This document shows positions 1 through 9,002 of a stretch of DNA of 64,000 nucleotides, piece by piece (the stretch's first letter is position 1; each line of letters begins with the position of its first letter). The notes beneath the pieces are model-generated. The model was not told the DNA's origin. It was given only the letters and a program-made list of their open reading frames with translations, and made no database searches. This stretch comes from Alphaproteobacteria bacterium. GTDB lineage: Bacteria; Pseudomonadota; Alphaproteobacteria; UBA6615. Both the position numbers and the translations under genes were made by a program. Location: positions 10,569 to 74,568 of the forward strand of contig CBDHEC010000010.1 in the NCBI GenBank assembly GCA_965261975.1, written 5' to 3'.

Positions 1-513
1 TTATCCCCGAGATCGGCGACAAGCCGCGCGCGCTCATCCAGATCGAGCGCCGGCCCCTCATAATCGTGATACGAAATCCGATTATAGAAGCGCATCGAAT
101 GCTGGGTGATGAACAGCAGCCCGCACTTCATCGCCGACAGTGCCATCCCCGCATCCGAATGGGTGTGCATCACGCATGCGACCTCGGGCCGCGCCTCGTG
201 CACCGCACTGTGGATCGTGAATCCCGCCCGGTTGATTTTGTAGGGGCCGTTGTTTTCGATCTCGTTGCCGTCCAGATCGGTCTTGATCAGGCTCGAGGCC
301 GTAATCTCGTTAAACATCAACCCATAGGGGTTGAGCAGGAATGTTTCCTCGCCGGGCACCCGCGCAGAAATATGGGTGCGGGTCATGTCGGTCATGCCAT
401 AGAGATCGGCGAGCCGGTAGCACGCGGCAAGATTGACGCGCATCTCCCATTCCTCGGGAGACACCTGGTTCTCGACACTCGGATACAGATCAACGATTTC
501 AGCATTGGCCATG
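1..513 (-). CDS. Class II aldolase/adducin family protein (partial; C-terminus lies beyond window start)
   Basis: Minus-strand ATG at 511-513 gives MANAEIVDLYPSVENQVSPEEWEMRVNLAACYRLADLYGMTDMTRTHISARVPGEETFLLNPYG...VMHTHSDAGMALSAMKCG; HTH zinc-ligand motif typical of class II aldolases. Not in ORF track because it runs off the window edge. Confidence 0.7.
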
Positions 514-525
514 GCGGGCCTCCTG

Positions 526-1524
526 TTACTGGTCGACGGCTTCGGCGACGACATTGTTGCGCTGTGCGCCCAGCCCTTCAACCTCGGTCTCGACCACATC
601 GCCTGCTTTCAGATAGGTGCCGGCAGCATGCCCGACACCTTCCGGCGTACCGGTGGAGATAATGTCACCCGGGTTCAGGGTAATCAGGGTCGAGCAATGC
701 TCGATCTGTTCCTCGGCCGAAAACACCATCTCGCCAGCCAGGCCGTCCTGCTTGGTCTCGCCGCTAACCTTCAGGGTCAGCCGCAGGTTTCTGTAGTCGG
801 GCACAAACGCGCGCGGGACGAAATACGGACCCATCGGCGCAAACGTGTCGTGGCTCTTGCCGCCGAACCAATCGGTCCGCAGGGTCGGCCAGTCCTCGCG
901 CATGTTCCAGTCGCGCGCGGAGACATCGTTGGTCGTCATGAAGCCGGCGACATGGTCCATCGCACGTTCCCCCGGAATGCGCTTGCCCGACCGGCCCATC
1001 GCCAGGGCCAGCTCGACCTCCCAGTCGACCTTGGTGGTATCCGGCGGAATGACGATGTCGTCGTAAGCTCCCGAGAGCGCGCTGGCTGCCTTCAGGAAGG
1101 AATAGGGACGCACCCGCGACTTGTCCCGGTCGAGCATGCTGTCGCGTTCTTCATCGGTCTTGGCCGTGCCTGCCGCAACCATCTCCCGGATGTGACCACC
1201 GTAATTCGCCGCCGCATACATCATCTTGCCCGGGTTCAGGATCGGCGGGAGATAGCGAACCTCACCCGGATCGACTTCCACATCCGGCCCCGCGTTGCCG
1301 GCGCCGGCGAATTCCGCCATCGCGCACAGCGCTTCGAAATTCGGCTCCCAGTCGTCGAGCAGAAGCCGGATGCTGCTGACACCGACCAGCGCACCGCCGC
1401 GCTTGCCCTGGCGCCACGCCTTGTACAGATCGTCGAGCACCCATCCCTGCTCACCGACCACCATCATCACGAAGGGTGCGCGCTGCGTCTGAACCGTCGC
1501 CAACTTGAACGCTGTATCCGTCAT
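526..1524 (-). CDS. Fumarylacetoacetate hydrolase (FAH) family protein
   Basis: 332 aa; C-terminal half has FAH-fold pattern (GDIISTGTPEGVG, divalent-metal acidic residues); 12 nt downstream-coupled to the aldolase gene. Confidence 0.8.
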   Translation of the reverse strand: MTDTAFKLATVQTQRAPFVMMVVGEQGWVLDDLYKAWRQGKRGGALVGVSSIRLLLDDWEPNFEALCAMAEFAGAGNAGPDVEVDPGEVRYLPPILNPGKMMYAAANYGGHIREMVAAGTAKTDEERDSMLDRDKSRVRPYSFLKAASALSGAYDDIVIPPDTTKVDWEVELALAMGRSGKRIPGERAMDHVAGFMTTNDVSARDWNMREDWPTLRTDWFGGKSHDTFAPMGPYFVPRAFVPDYRNLRLTLKVSGETKQDGLAGEMVFSAEEQIEHCSTLITLNPGDIISTGTPEGVGHAAGTYLKAGDVVETEVEGLGAQRNNVVAEAVDQ

Positions 1525-1548
1525 GGTCGAAACCCCATTGCCATATCG

Positions 1549-2241
1549 CTACCAATCGTAGTCCGTATCCTGCCGTAAAAGCCCGCCAAAAAGGTCGAGA
1601 CACCGATGCACCCAGGCATGGACAGGATCCTCGTTGTCCAGCAGCACAAAGGGGCTCACTTTCCGCGTCCAGATGAAGGGGGCCATTGCGAGATAATCTG
1701 CATAGACCGGCGCCTCTCCGCCCAGAAAGGGCTGATCGACGACCACCCGGCGCAGCGGTTCGAGCCGCGCGTGCAACTCCGGCAGCCGCTCCTCACGCCC
1801 CGCCTGCACCTGGTCGATCGGTCGACCAAGCCGCTTTGCCCGACTTTCCCAGAAATAAGGCTGGTCGGCCGGGTCGAGGCACTCATAGATATCATGCACG
1901 ACCATCGTCATGACCAACGGCTGGATACGCGTCACATTCCAGTGGCCGATGAATCGCGCATAGCCGATCCCGCCCGCGCCCCCGAACAGCGAGGGTGCAT
2001 CCGGATAAGTCGCCTCGAGATAGTTGGCGATTTCCCAACTGTCGCCGAGGCGCGTGTCGCCATCCTCAATCACCGGGATTGTCGAGAACGAGCCGTCGGC
2101 TATCGAGGATATATCAACAAACCGGGTCGGGACCGTCTCGCAGGCCAGCCCCTTATGGGCGAGCGCATAGCGGGTCTTGCAGCAGTTCGAGCTGAAGCGC
2201 CGGTCGTCCCGGCCCACCAGGTCATAGAGAATGATCGCCAT
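1549..2241 (-). CDS. Glutathione S-transferase family protein, LigE-like subclass
   Basis: 230 aa; N-terminal thioredoxin-like GST fold (IILYDL...CCKTRYALAHKGL...IPVIEDGD...DSWEIANYLEATYPD); pattern resembles beta-etherase-type GSTs (recollection, not searched). Confidence 0.7.
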   Translation of the reverse strand: MAIILYDLVGRDDRRFSSNCCKTRYALAHKGLACETVPTRFVDISSIADGSFSTIPVIEDGDTRLGDSWEIANYLEATYPDAPSLFGGAGGIGYARFIGHWNVTRIQPLVMTMVVHDIYECLDPADQPYFWESRAKRLGRPIDQVQAGREERLPELHARLEPLRRVVVDQPFLGGEAPVYADYLAMAPFIWTRKVSPFVLLDNEDPVHAWVHRCLDLFGGLLRQDTDYDW

Positions 2242-2260
2242 CGCGCGTCCGCGCCCCGGC

Positions 2261-3943
2261 TCAACTCACCGCGAGCGGCGCCAACGCGTTCAGGTCGCTG
2301 GTCACGTCGAGGATCACAGGGCGTGTCTTGGCCGCCTCGAAAGCCTGCTGGATCGCGCCCGCGACCTCACCCGGTTTTTCGACGCGGATGCCGACGGCGC
2401 CCATCTCCTCGGCGATCCGGGCGAAGTTCACATCGGTAAACTGCCACAGCTTGCGCGCCTCATCGGTCTGCTCACCGCCATAGACACGATCGAATCCACG
2501 CTTGGATTGGTTGCCCGAAGAGTTGTTGTTGACCAGCGTGACCGTGTTGATGCCCCAGCGGGCCGCCGTCTCGACATCGCCGATGTGATACCAGAATCCG
2601 GCATCGCCGGTGAAACAGAAGACCGGACGGTCCGGCACGCCGCACTTGGCACCCAGCGCTGCCGAGAAGGCCCAGCCCAGATGGCCCGCCGAACGCATGT
2701 AACTCTGGTCCGGCGAGGTGAGGTCGAACATGCCGCCCATCCACATGCCCGTATGGCCCGTGTCGGCGACGACGATTGCATCGCTCGGCAGATGATCGGT
2801 CAACTCCTTGCAGATACGCTCGGGGCGCATCGGCACCTCGTCGGACGTCAGCAGATCGTTATACTTGTCACGCCACTGCTGATCGGCCTCCGCCGCGCGC
2901 GCGGCCCAGCCGGCACGGCGACCGGCGGATTCGGCGTTGGTCATCGCCAGCAATTTCGTCACGGCGACCTTCGCATCGCCCTGCACCCCGGCGACAACCG
3001 GGTAGTTGCGGCCGATTTCCTGGGGCTCGATGTCGATATGCACGACCTTCCGACCGATCTCCGGTACGGCCCAGAAATGGCTCACCATGCCGCCCGTGGA
3101 CGAACCGATGTAGATCACCAGGTCCGCCTCGTTGACGATGATGTTCGCACTCTCGCGCGAATAGGTGCCGACAACACCCACCGACAGCGGATGCGTGGCC
3201 GGGATCGTGTCCTTGCCGTTGAGCGAGGTCGCGACGGGAATATTCAGGCGTTCAGCCAATGCCACCACTTCTGCCTGAGCGCCCGACGCGCGCACGCCGC
3301 CGCCGGCGACGATGACGGGCCGTTCGGCGGCCTCGATCGCGGCCATCGCGGCGCGCAGGGACTCCTCGGACGGCTCGGGTCGATAAGCCGGAAGCTGCGC
3401 GAAAGCCTCTTCGATCAGCGGCTCCATATCGGCCTCTTCGGCGTCGATCTGGGCTTCATTGCCGCGGAATTGCAGATGGACGGGACCCGGCGTGCCCGAC
3501 GTCGCGGCACGGAACGCCTGCCGGATCATGTCCGGAAAACGCGAGACATCGTCCACGGTAGCGTTGAACTTCGTCACCGGTTCGAAGGCCGGGACGTCAT
3601 CGATTTCCTGATAGACGTTGCGAAACTTGGTCTTCGGGTCGCGGCCGCCGGTCATGGCAATCACCGGTGCCTTGGCGAGATACGGATCCCGCAGGCCGGC
3701 CGCAAGGTTAAGCGCGCCGATCACCTGCGCCATGCAGATGCCCGGCTTGCCGCTGGCGCGCGCATAGCCGTCCGCCATGTAGGCCGCCGTCGCCTCGGAA
3801 TGCACATGTAAACGTTTGATATCAGTACGTTTTTCGAGCTCCACCATGGTGGTACGCAACACTGCCGGGACATTGAATATATGGGTGACACCGTAGCCCT
3901 TGAGCATATCGGCCATCACCTGTGCGCCAGTCATTTTCGCCAT
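2261..3943 (-). CDS. Thiamine pyrophosphate-dependent enzyme (acetolactate synthase large-subunit-like; possibly sulfoacetaldehyde acetyltransferase-like)
   Basis: 560 aa; N-terminal pyrimidine-binding domain, central domain, C-terminal TPP-binding GDG...NN motif (CFTGDAGFWYHIGDVETAARWGINTVTLVNNNSSGNQ). Confidence 0.8.
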   Translation of the reverse strand: MAKMTGAQVMADMLKGYGVTHIFNVPAVLRTTMVELEKRTDIKRLHVHSEATAAYMADGYARASGKPGICMAQVIGALNLAAGLRDPYLAKAPVIAMTGGRDPKTKFRNVYQEIDDVPAFEPVTKFNATVDDVSRFPDMIRQAFRAATSGTPGPVHLQFRGNEAQIDAEEADMEPLIEEAFAQLPAYRPEPSEESLRAAMAAIEAAERPVIVAGGGVRASGAQAEVVALAERLNIPVATSLNGKDTIPATHPLSVGVVGTYSRESANIIVNEADLVIYIGSSTGGMVSHFWAVPEIGRKVVHIDIEPQEIGRNYPVVAGVQGDAKVAVTKLLAMTNAESAGRRAGWAARAAEADQQWRDKYNDLLTSDEVPMRPERICKELTDHLPSDAIVVADTGHTGMWMGGMFDLTSPDQSYMRSAGHLGWAFSAALGAKCGVPDRPVFCFTGDAGFWYHIGDVETAARWGINTVTLVNNNSSGNQSKRGFDRVYGGEQTDEARKLWQFTDVNFARIAEEMGAVGIRVEKPGEVAGAIQQAFEAAKTRPVILDVTSDLNALAPLAVS

Positions 3944-4082
3944 GTCATCGTTCCCCTCAATGAAGCGCCGGGCCCTTCTGCCGGGACCGTTCGCAGTTTG
4001 CGTTCAGATCAATACTTGTCCATCCGGCCGCTCAGCACAACATCGCGCGCCGCATGATGGCCGACCGGCGTTCCTGGCAGGC

Positions 4083-6566
4083 TCAGGCCTTTGCGGCCGC
4101 CGCCCGATCGCGCCAGAGCAGGAGCAGCAGGATCACCGTCAGCACGGCGCCGATCACATAGAGCTCGTGCAGGAGCTCGCTCTCGAAACCGAAGATCAGG
4201 GAGATGATCGCCCCGGTCGGCAGCAGCAGGCAGGCTGCCACGAGCCCGGCCAGCGGCCGGATGAGCCGGCCATTGCCGAAGCCTTCCAGGAAGATCGCCC
4301 ACGCGACCACGCCAAAGAGACAGGCCGCGACCGTGATCGCGATCTCCAGTGTCGTCCCGTCCAGAAGCAAGGGCGTGTAGACGAACAGGAACGGCATGAT
4401 CAGGATCGTCGAGGCCATCTTGAAGGCCTGGTTGCCGGTCGTGACCGGGTCCGATTGCGATATCGAACTCGCCGCGAACGCCGCCAGTGCCACCGGGGGC
4501 GTCACGGCGCTGACCACAGCAACCCAGTAGCTGATCATGTGCGCAGCCAGGCTGGGCACACCCAGATCGACCAGCGCGCCAACCGCGAAGATGGCGAGCA
4601 GGACATAGCTGGCCACGATCGGCAGCCCCATCCCGACGATGTAGCCGGCGATGATGACGAGGACGATGGTGATCGGCAGGACGCCGCCGCTGGCCTCGAC
4701 CAGCAGGTTCGCGACCCGGCCCGGCAAGTCGGACTTGGTGGCGGCGGACAACAGAATACCCAGAACGCCGGCGATACAGCTGACGACGAGGGTATTGCGC
4801 GAGCCTGCCTCAAGCGAGACCCAGATGGTCCGGACCATCTCGACGAGCACGTCGCGCAGACTGGTCATCGGCTTGTCGTCGAGCCTGACCCCGATCAGGT
4901 TCTCGTTCACCGGCTTGTTCGCCGCCTCTGCGGCCGCCGCCTCGTCCCGCCCGTAGATCATGATCTCGCCGATTTTCAGGACGATGAAGGTGAACACGAC
5001 CCAGTAGGCGGCATCACCGAAGCCGATGCCCACATAATCCTCGACAAACCAGGAGAAAGGCGCACCGATCTTCATGCCGAAGAAATACACGAACACGCCG
5101 ACGGCAACCGAAACCACCAGATAGGGCTTCCACGATGTCTTCGACTTGGCGGTCGGGATCGACACCAGAAGGTCGATCAGCTTCAGCATCAGGATCAGGA
5201 CGATGGTCTTAGCGGCCGCCAGGAAGGGTGAATCCCCGATGACCAGGAAGAAGACCATCGCCGGGATCGGCAGCAGGAGGTGCAGCTTCGGGATGATGTC
5301 CATCCAGGCCGGAAGCTCCTCCTCCGGCACGCCATGCAGCTTGTCCTTGAGCGCCCGGAAATAGACGATCAGCCCGACGGACAGGTAGTAGATGATCGCC
5401 GGAATGACGGCGATCTTGACGATATCGAAGTAGCTCGTCTCGGTCAGCTCGGCGAGCAGGAAGGCGCCCGCGCCCATGATCGGCGGCATGTAGGCGCCAC
5501 CCGTCGAAGCCGCGGCCTCGACCCCGCCCGCGAATGCCGGCCGGTAGCCGACGCGCTTCATCAGCGGGATGGTCAGCGTGCCGGTGGTCATGACGTTGGC
5601 CACGCCCGAGCCCGAGATCATGCCGAACAGGCCCGAGCTGATGACCGCAGCAAGCCCCGGTCCGCCGGTCTTGGCGCCGGTTAAACGGTAGGCGGTATTG
5701 ATGATGACCGCGCCGAGGCCGGTCTTCTCGAGGAACGCACCCAGGATGACGAAGATCACGATGAAGGTGGCGAATACGTTGGTGATCAGCCCGAACATGC
5801 CCTCGGTCGAGGCGATCAGGAAGTCCATCACCTCCTCGGCCTGGTAGCCGGGGTGATTCAGCAGGCCCGGCATCGCCTGGGCGATATCCTCGAACGAGTA
5901 GATGAAGAACAGGAAGCCGAGCAGCGGAATCAGCGGGCCGACGATCCGGCGCGCGATCTCGAAGCTGACCGACACCAGCATCACGGAATAGATGAACAGC
6001 AGCGCCGGAATGGGACGCCCGGTCGCAATCCGCAGGTCCTGCACATTCTCGACCCACCACAGGACCGCGGTGACAACGCAGACCAGGTAGAGAACATCGG
6101 AAATGGTGAACCCGTCGCCGCGCTTCTCGCGATACCCCTCAAAAAAGTAGATCGCGACGCCTGCCGCGGCGCCGATGAAGCCGACATTTCGAACGGTGTC
6201 GTCGTAGTAACGGAACCACTGTTTCGGGTGGTCTCCGAGCTGCCAGTGAAACCATATGGCGATGGCGGCACCGAGCATGGCCATGTTCGCGATACTGAAC
6301 ATTTCGTCGAGCCAGACAGCATTCTTGCGGAAGGAATGCTGGCGGTTCTTGAACGCCAGCAGGGACATGACGCTGACACCCAGCACAAACGTCCCGCGGA
6401 AAACCTCTTCGACCGGCGGGCCGAAGAAAGAGATGTGAATGAAGAAATAGGCGTAGGCGACGGCCACAACGGAGAAGATCGGCCGCACGATGGCCGACAG
6501 GCCCCGCGGCGGTGTCATTTCGTCGGAGATGATGCCGATCTTGGTGAGGACGGAAAGTGTGCTCAT
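4083..6566 (-). CDS. TRAP transporter fused permease (TAXI-associated 4TM/12TM fusion)
   Basis: 827 aa highly hydrophobic polytopic protein immediately downstream of a TAXI solute-receptor gene; typical fused DctQM-like architecture. Confidence 0.8.
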   Translation of the reverse strand: MSTLSVLTKIGIISDEMTPPRGLSAIVRPIFSVVAVAYAYFFIHISFFGPPVEEVFRGTFVLGVSVMSLLAFKNRQHSFRKNAVWLDEMFSIANMAMLGAAIAIWFHWQLGDHPKQWFRYYDDTVRNVGFIGAAAGVAIYFFEGYREKRGDGFTISDVLYLVCVVTAVLWWVENVQDLRIATGRPIPALLFIYSVMLVSVSFEIARRIVGPLIPLLGFLFFIYSFEDIAQAMPGLLNHPGYQAEEVMDFLIASTEGMFGLITNVFATFIVIFVILGAFLEKTGLGAVIINTAYRLTGAKTGGPGLAAVISSGLFGMISGSGVANVMTTGTLTIPLMKRVGYRPAFAGGVEAAASTGGAYMPPIMGAGAFLLAELTETSYFDIVKIAVIPAIIYYLSVGLIVYFRALKDKLHGVPEEELPAWMDIIPKLHLLLPIPAMVFFLVIGDSPFLAAAKTIVLILMLKLIDLLVSIPTAKSKTSWKPYLVVSVAVGVFVYFFGMKIGAPFSWFVEDYVGIGFGDAAYWVVFTFIVLKIGEIMIYGRDEAAAAEAANKPVNENLIGVRLDDKPMTSLRDVLVEMVRTIWVSLEAGSRNTLVVSCIAGVLGILLSAATKSDLPGRVANLLVEASGGVLPITIVLVIIAGYIVGMGLPIVASYVLLAIFAVGALVDLGVPSLAAHMISYWVAVVSAVTPPVALAAFAASSISQSDPVTTGNQAFKMASTILIMPFLFVYTPLLLDGTTLEIAITVAACLFGVVAWAIFLEGFGNGRLIRPLAGLVAACLLLPTGAIISLIFGFESELLHELYVIGAVLTVILLLLLWRDRAAAAKA

Positions 6567-6624
6567 GGACCTTGCCTACTGCTGATCTTTGGAGGCACCG
6601 AGGCGCCTGTCATTGAATGCGGAC

Positions 6625-6659
6625 AAGGCGCGAAGAAGATCGTCTCCTCTTCGCGCCTT
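6625..6659 (-). promoter_or_regulatory. Intercistronic stem-loop between TAXI receptor gene and permease gene (no U-tract)
   Basis: AAGGCGCGAAG-N13-CTTCGCGCCTT 11-bp perfect inverted repeat between stop of 6700..7689 and start of 4083..6566; coordinates +/-2 nt. Confidence 0.5.
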
Positions 6660-6699
6660 GCAGCATTAACTTACACGTATGTCAGTTGAAGCTTTCCGA

Positions 6700-7689
6700 T
6701 TAGAAAGCCGAAACCGGCACACCCGCCGTGTCGAAGCCACGGCCCTTCCAATAGGCCTCGGCCGCCGGATGCAGCGGAATACCGAGCGCCTTCAGGTTCG
6801 AGAAGTCGCCGTTGAGCGTCTTCCAGTAACCCGCAACGGCGGCCAGCTTCTTGAGGTTGTCCGGATCAGCCGTGGTTTCCAGCATCGCGGAGATGGCCTC
6901 GTCCGACATGGTCTTGTAGGCCAGCCAGTAGACGTCATAGGCGATCGAACGTGCCGGGGCGTCCATGCCCTTCACGCTCGGCTGCACCGGAATGGTGACC
7001 GCAGCGTAGAACGGGTTGGACTTCACGACCGCGGCCTGCTCGGCCTCGGAAAGGCCGATGTAACGCACCGGCTTGGAGATCGACAGCTGAGTCAGCGCCG
7101 GAATCGTGAACGGGGCACCGGCCGAGCAGTACACGTCGATCTGGCGATCGCCGAGTGCACGCGCGGAATCCGAGAAGCCAAGGTTGCGGACATCGATTTT
7201 ATCGATGATGCCGGCACCGGTCATGATGTTACGGCAGTTGACGTTCGAACCCGAACCCTTGTTCAGCAGGTTCACCTTCTTGCCAACCATGTCCGAGTAG
7301 GACTTGATCGGGCTGTCGGCGAGCACCGCGACGATCTGCGTCTGCTTGCGGACGTTGGCGATGATGCGGAAGTCCTTGAGCGCACCGTCTTCCTTGAAGA
7401 GGCCTTCACCATTCCAGGCCTGGAAGACCTGTCCGACATGGCCCCAGGCGGTGTCGAACTTGCCATAGGCGACGCGGCGAACGTTATCGACCGAGCCGTT
7501 GGACGGCGAATAGTTGAACTTGAACTTGTCGCCAATTTCGGCGTTCAGCAGCTGGGCACCAGCGCTGACCGACGGATGCCAACCACCACCGGCGGGACCA
7601 CCACCGATGCGATAGGATTCTTCAGCCTGCGCTGCAGCGCTGAATGCAACCACACTGGCGGCAGCGATAAGAGTTGTTACGAGTTTCAT
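6700..7689 (-). CDS. TAXI family TRAP transporter solute receptor
   Basis: 329 aa with N-terminal signal peptide (MKLVTTLIAAASVVAFSAAAQA); periplasmic binding protein of TAXI type adjacent to fused permease. Confidence 0.8.
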   Translation of the reverse strand: MKLVTTLIAAASVVAFSAAAQAEESYRIGGGPAGGGWHPSVSAGAQLLNAEIGDKFKFNYSPSNGSVDNVRRVAYGKFDTAWGHVGQVFQAWNGEGLFKEDGALKDFRIIANVRKQTQIVAVLADSPIKSYSDMVGKKVNLLNKGSGSNVNCRNIMTGAGIIDKIDVRNLGFSDSARALGDRQIDVYCSAGAPFTIPALTQLSISKPVRYIGLSEAEQAAVVKSNPFYAAVTIPVQPSVKGMDAPARSIAYDVYWLAYKTMSDEAISAMLETTADPDNLKKLAAVAGYWKTLNGDFSNLKALGIPLHPAAEAYWKGRGFDTAGVPVSAF

Positions 7690-7817
7690 AAATCCCTCCC
7701 AGATCGGAATTTTATGTGAAGTGACTTAACTGTCACCGATTGGACCGAACCGCACAGGTGTACGACCGGATATTTGATGACCGAACGATGGCAGTGAGGC
7801 CCGGCAATGGCAAGAGG

Positions 7818-7873
7818 ATTTGTCCTGACAAATTCGCAGAATGAACATTTTTCCGCGAAAGAATATTTCGCGG
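7818..7873. promoter_or_regulatory. Two perfect palindromes in TAXI/tauD-like divergent promoter region (candidate operators)
   Basis: ATTTGTC-CT-GACAAAT (about 7818-7833, GntR/FadR-like TTGTC..GACAA core) and CCGCGAAA-GAATA-TTTCGCGG (about 7853-7873) in the 269-nt divergent intergenic region. Confidence 0.45.
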
Positions 7874-7958
7874 TCGCGGTTTGCGTCCGGGTCCCCGTTG
7901 CCGATAGGTTTTGAATCCAATCCCGAATACCGAACACGATAACTCCAGAGCGACGAAC

Positions 7959-8993
7959 ATGGTTGAAATTATCCGAGAAGAAATCGCGACAGCGGATACC
8001 TGGGTCGGCCCGGATGTTCAGGATGATCCGCGCTGGCTCTACCAACTGACACCGGCGGATCTGCAGGAAATCGACGCAGCCCTCCAGGCGGCGAAGGCGG
8101 CTGGCAGCGAAATCCCCTTCCCGGCCGAGGACTTTCCGATTCCGGCATTCAAGGCGCGTCTCGACGAGTTGATGGACAGGGTCTCCAACGGGCTGGGGGT
8201 GATCCTGATCCGTGGCGTTCCCCGCGACCGCTACACGGACGAGGAATGCGGCCTGATCTATTGGGGGATCAGCACCCATATCGGCTCGCCGGTCAGCCAG
8301 AACGGGCGCGGCCATCTGCTGGGCCATGTCACGGATGAAGGCAAATCCCTCGCCGACCCGAATGCGCGCGGCTACCAGACCAAGAACCGCCTCGATTTTC
8401 ACAGCGACCAGCTTCCCGTCGATGTCTTGGGCCTGTTCTGCATGCGCAAATCTAAATCCGGCGGCGCCAGTTTTCTCGTCAGCGCCAACGCGGTCCATAA
8501 TGTGCTGCTCACCGAGCGCCCCGACCTGATCGACGTGTACTACCAGCCCTTCCACATCGACTGGCGCGGCGACCATCCCGACGGCGAACAGCCCTGGTAC
8601 GACATCCCGATGCTCAGCGCGCGCGACGGCAAGCTCGCATCACGCGTCACCAACCGCTCCTTCATGGAATCGGTGGCACGCTATGGCGAGGAACTCGCGC
8701 TCACCGATCTGCAGAAGGAAGCGCTCGATGTCTTCCAGGAGATATCGAACCGGGAGGAGTTGCGCCTGCAAATGCACTTCGAGCCCGGCGACATGCAGTT
8801 CATCAACAACCACACCATCCTGCATGCCCGCGAAGCCTATGAGGATTATGACGACCCCGCGCTGAAGCGGCACCTGCTGCGGGTCTGGATCGGGCTGCCC
8901 GACGACAAGCGCCGCCCGCTGGCACCGGTGCTCGACGAGCGCTACAGCCTCGTGGCGAACGGCGGCATTCCGAGGCAGGCCGCAGCGGCCTGA
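7959..8993 (+). CDS. TauD/TfdA family Fe(II)/2-oxoglutarate-dependent dioxygenase
   Basis: Track ORF 7911..8993 begins with TTG; first ATG at 7959 (MVEIIREE). HxD...H facial triad context (LDFHSDQ ... HTILHAREAY) and overall TauD-like length. Confidence 0.75.
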   Translation: MVEIIREEIATADTWVGPDVQDDPRWLYQLTPADLQEIDAALQAAKAAGSEIPFPAEDFPIPAFKARLDELMDRVSNGLGVILIRGVPRDRYTDEECGLIYWGISTHIGSPVSQNGRGHLLGHVTDEGKSLADPNARGYQTKNRLDFHSDQLPVDVLGLFCMRKSKSGGASFLVSANAVHNVLLTERPDLIDVYYQPFHIDWRGDHPDGEQPWYDIPMLSARDGKLASRVTNRSFMESVARYGEELALTDLQKEALDVFQEISNREELRLQMHFEPGDMQFINNHTILHAREAYEDYDDPALKRHLLRVWIGLPDDKRRPLAPVLDERYSLVANGGIPRQAAAA

Positions 8994-9002
8994 CAGTAGT
9001 TC

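Noticed and set aside
2231-6689. Long plus-strand ORFs (2231..3811, 3900..5231, 5853..6689) and minus 5209..6060 overlapping the TPP enzyme and TRAP permease genes
   Set aside because: These are antisense or out-of-frame shadows with extreme Arg/Gly/His/Asp content and no motifs. The true genes on the minus strand have clear family signatures.
7686-8576. 296-aa minus-strand ORF antisense to the tauD-like gene, and 6679..7719 plus-strand ORF antisense to the TAXI gene
   Set aside because: They lie opposite well-supported genes and have Arg/Gly/Asp-rich low-complexity translations typical of high-GC antisense frames.
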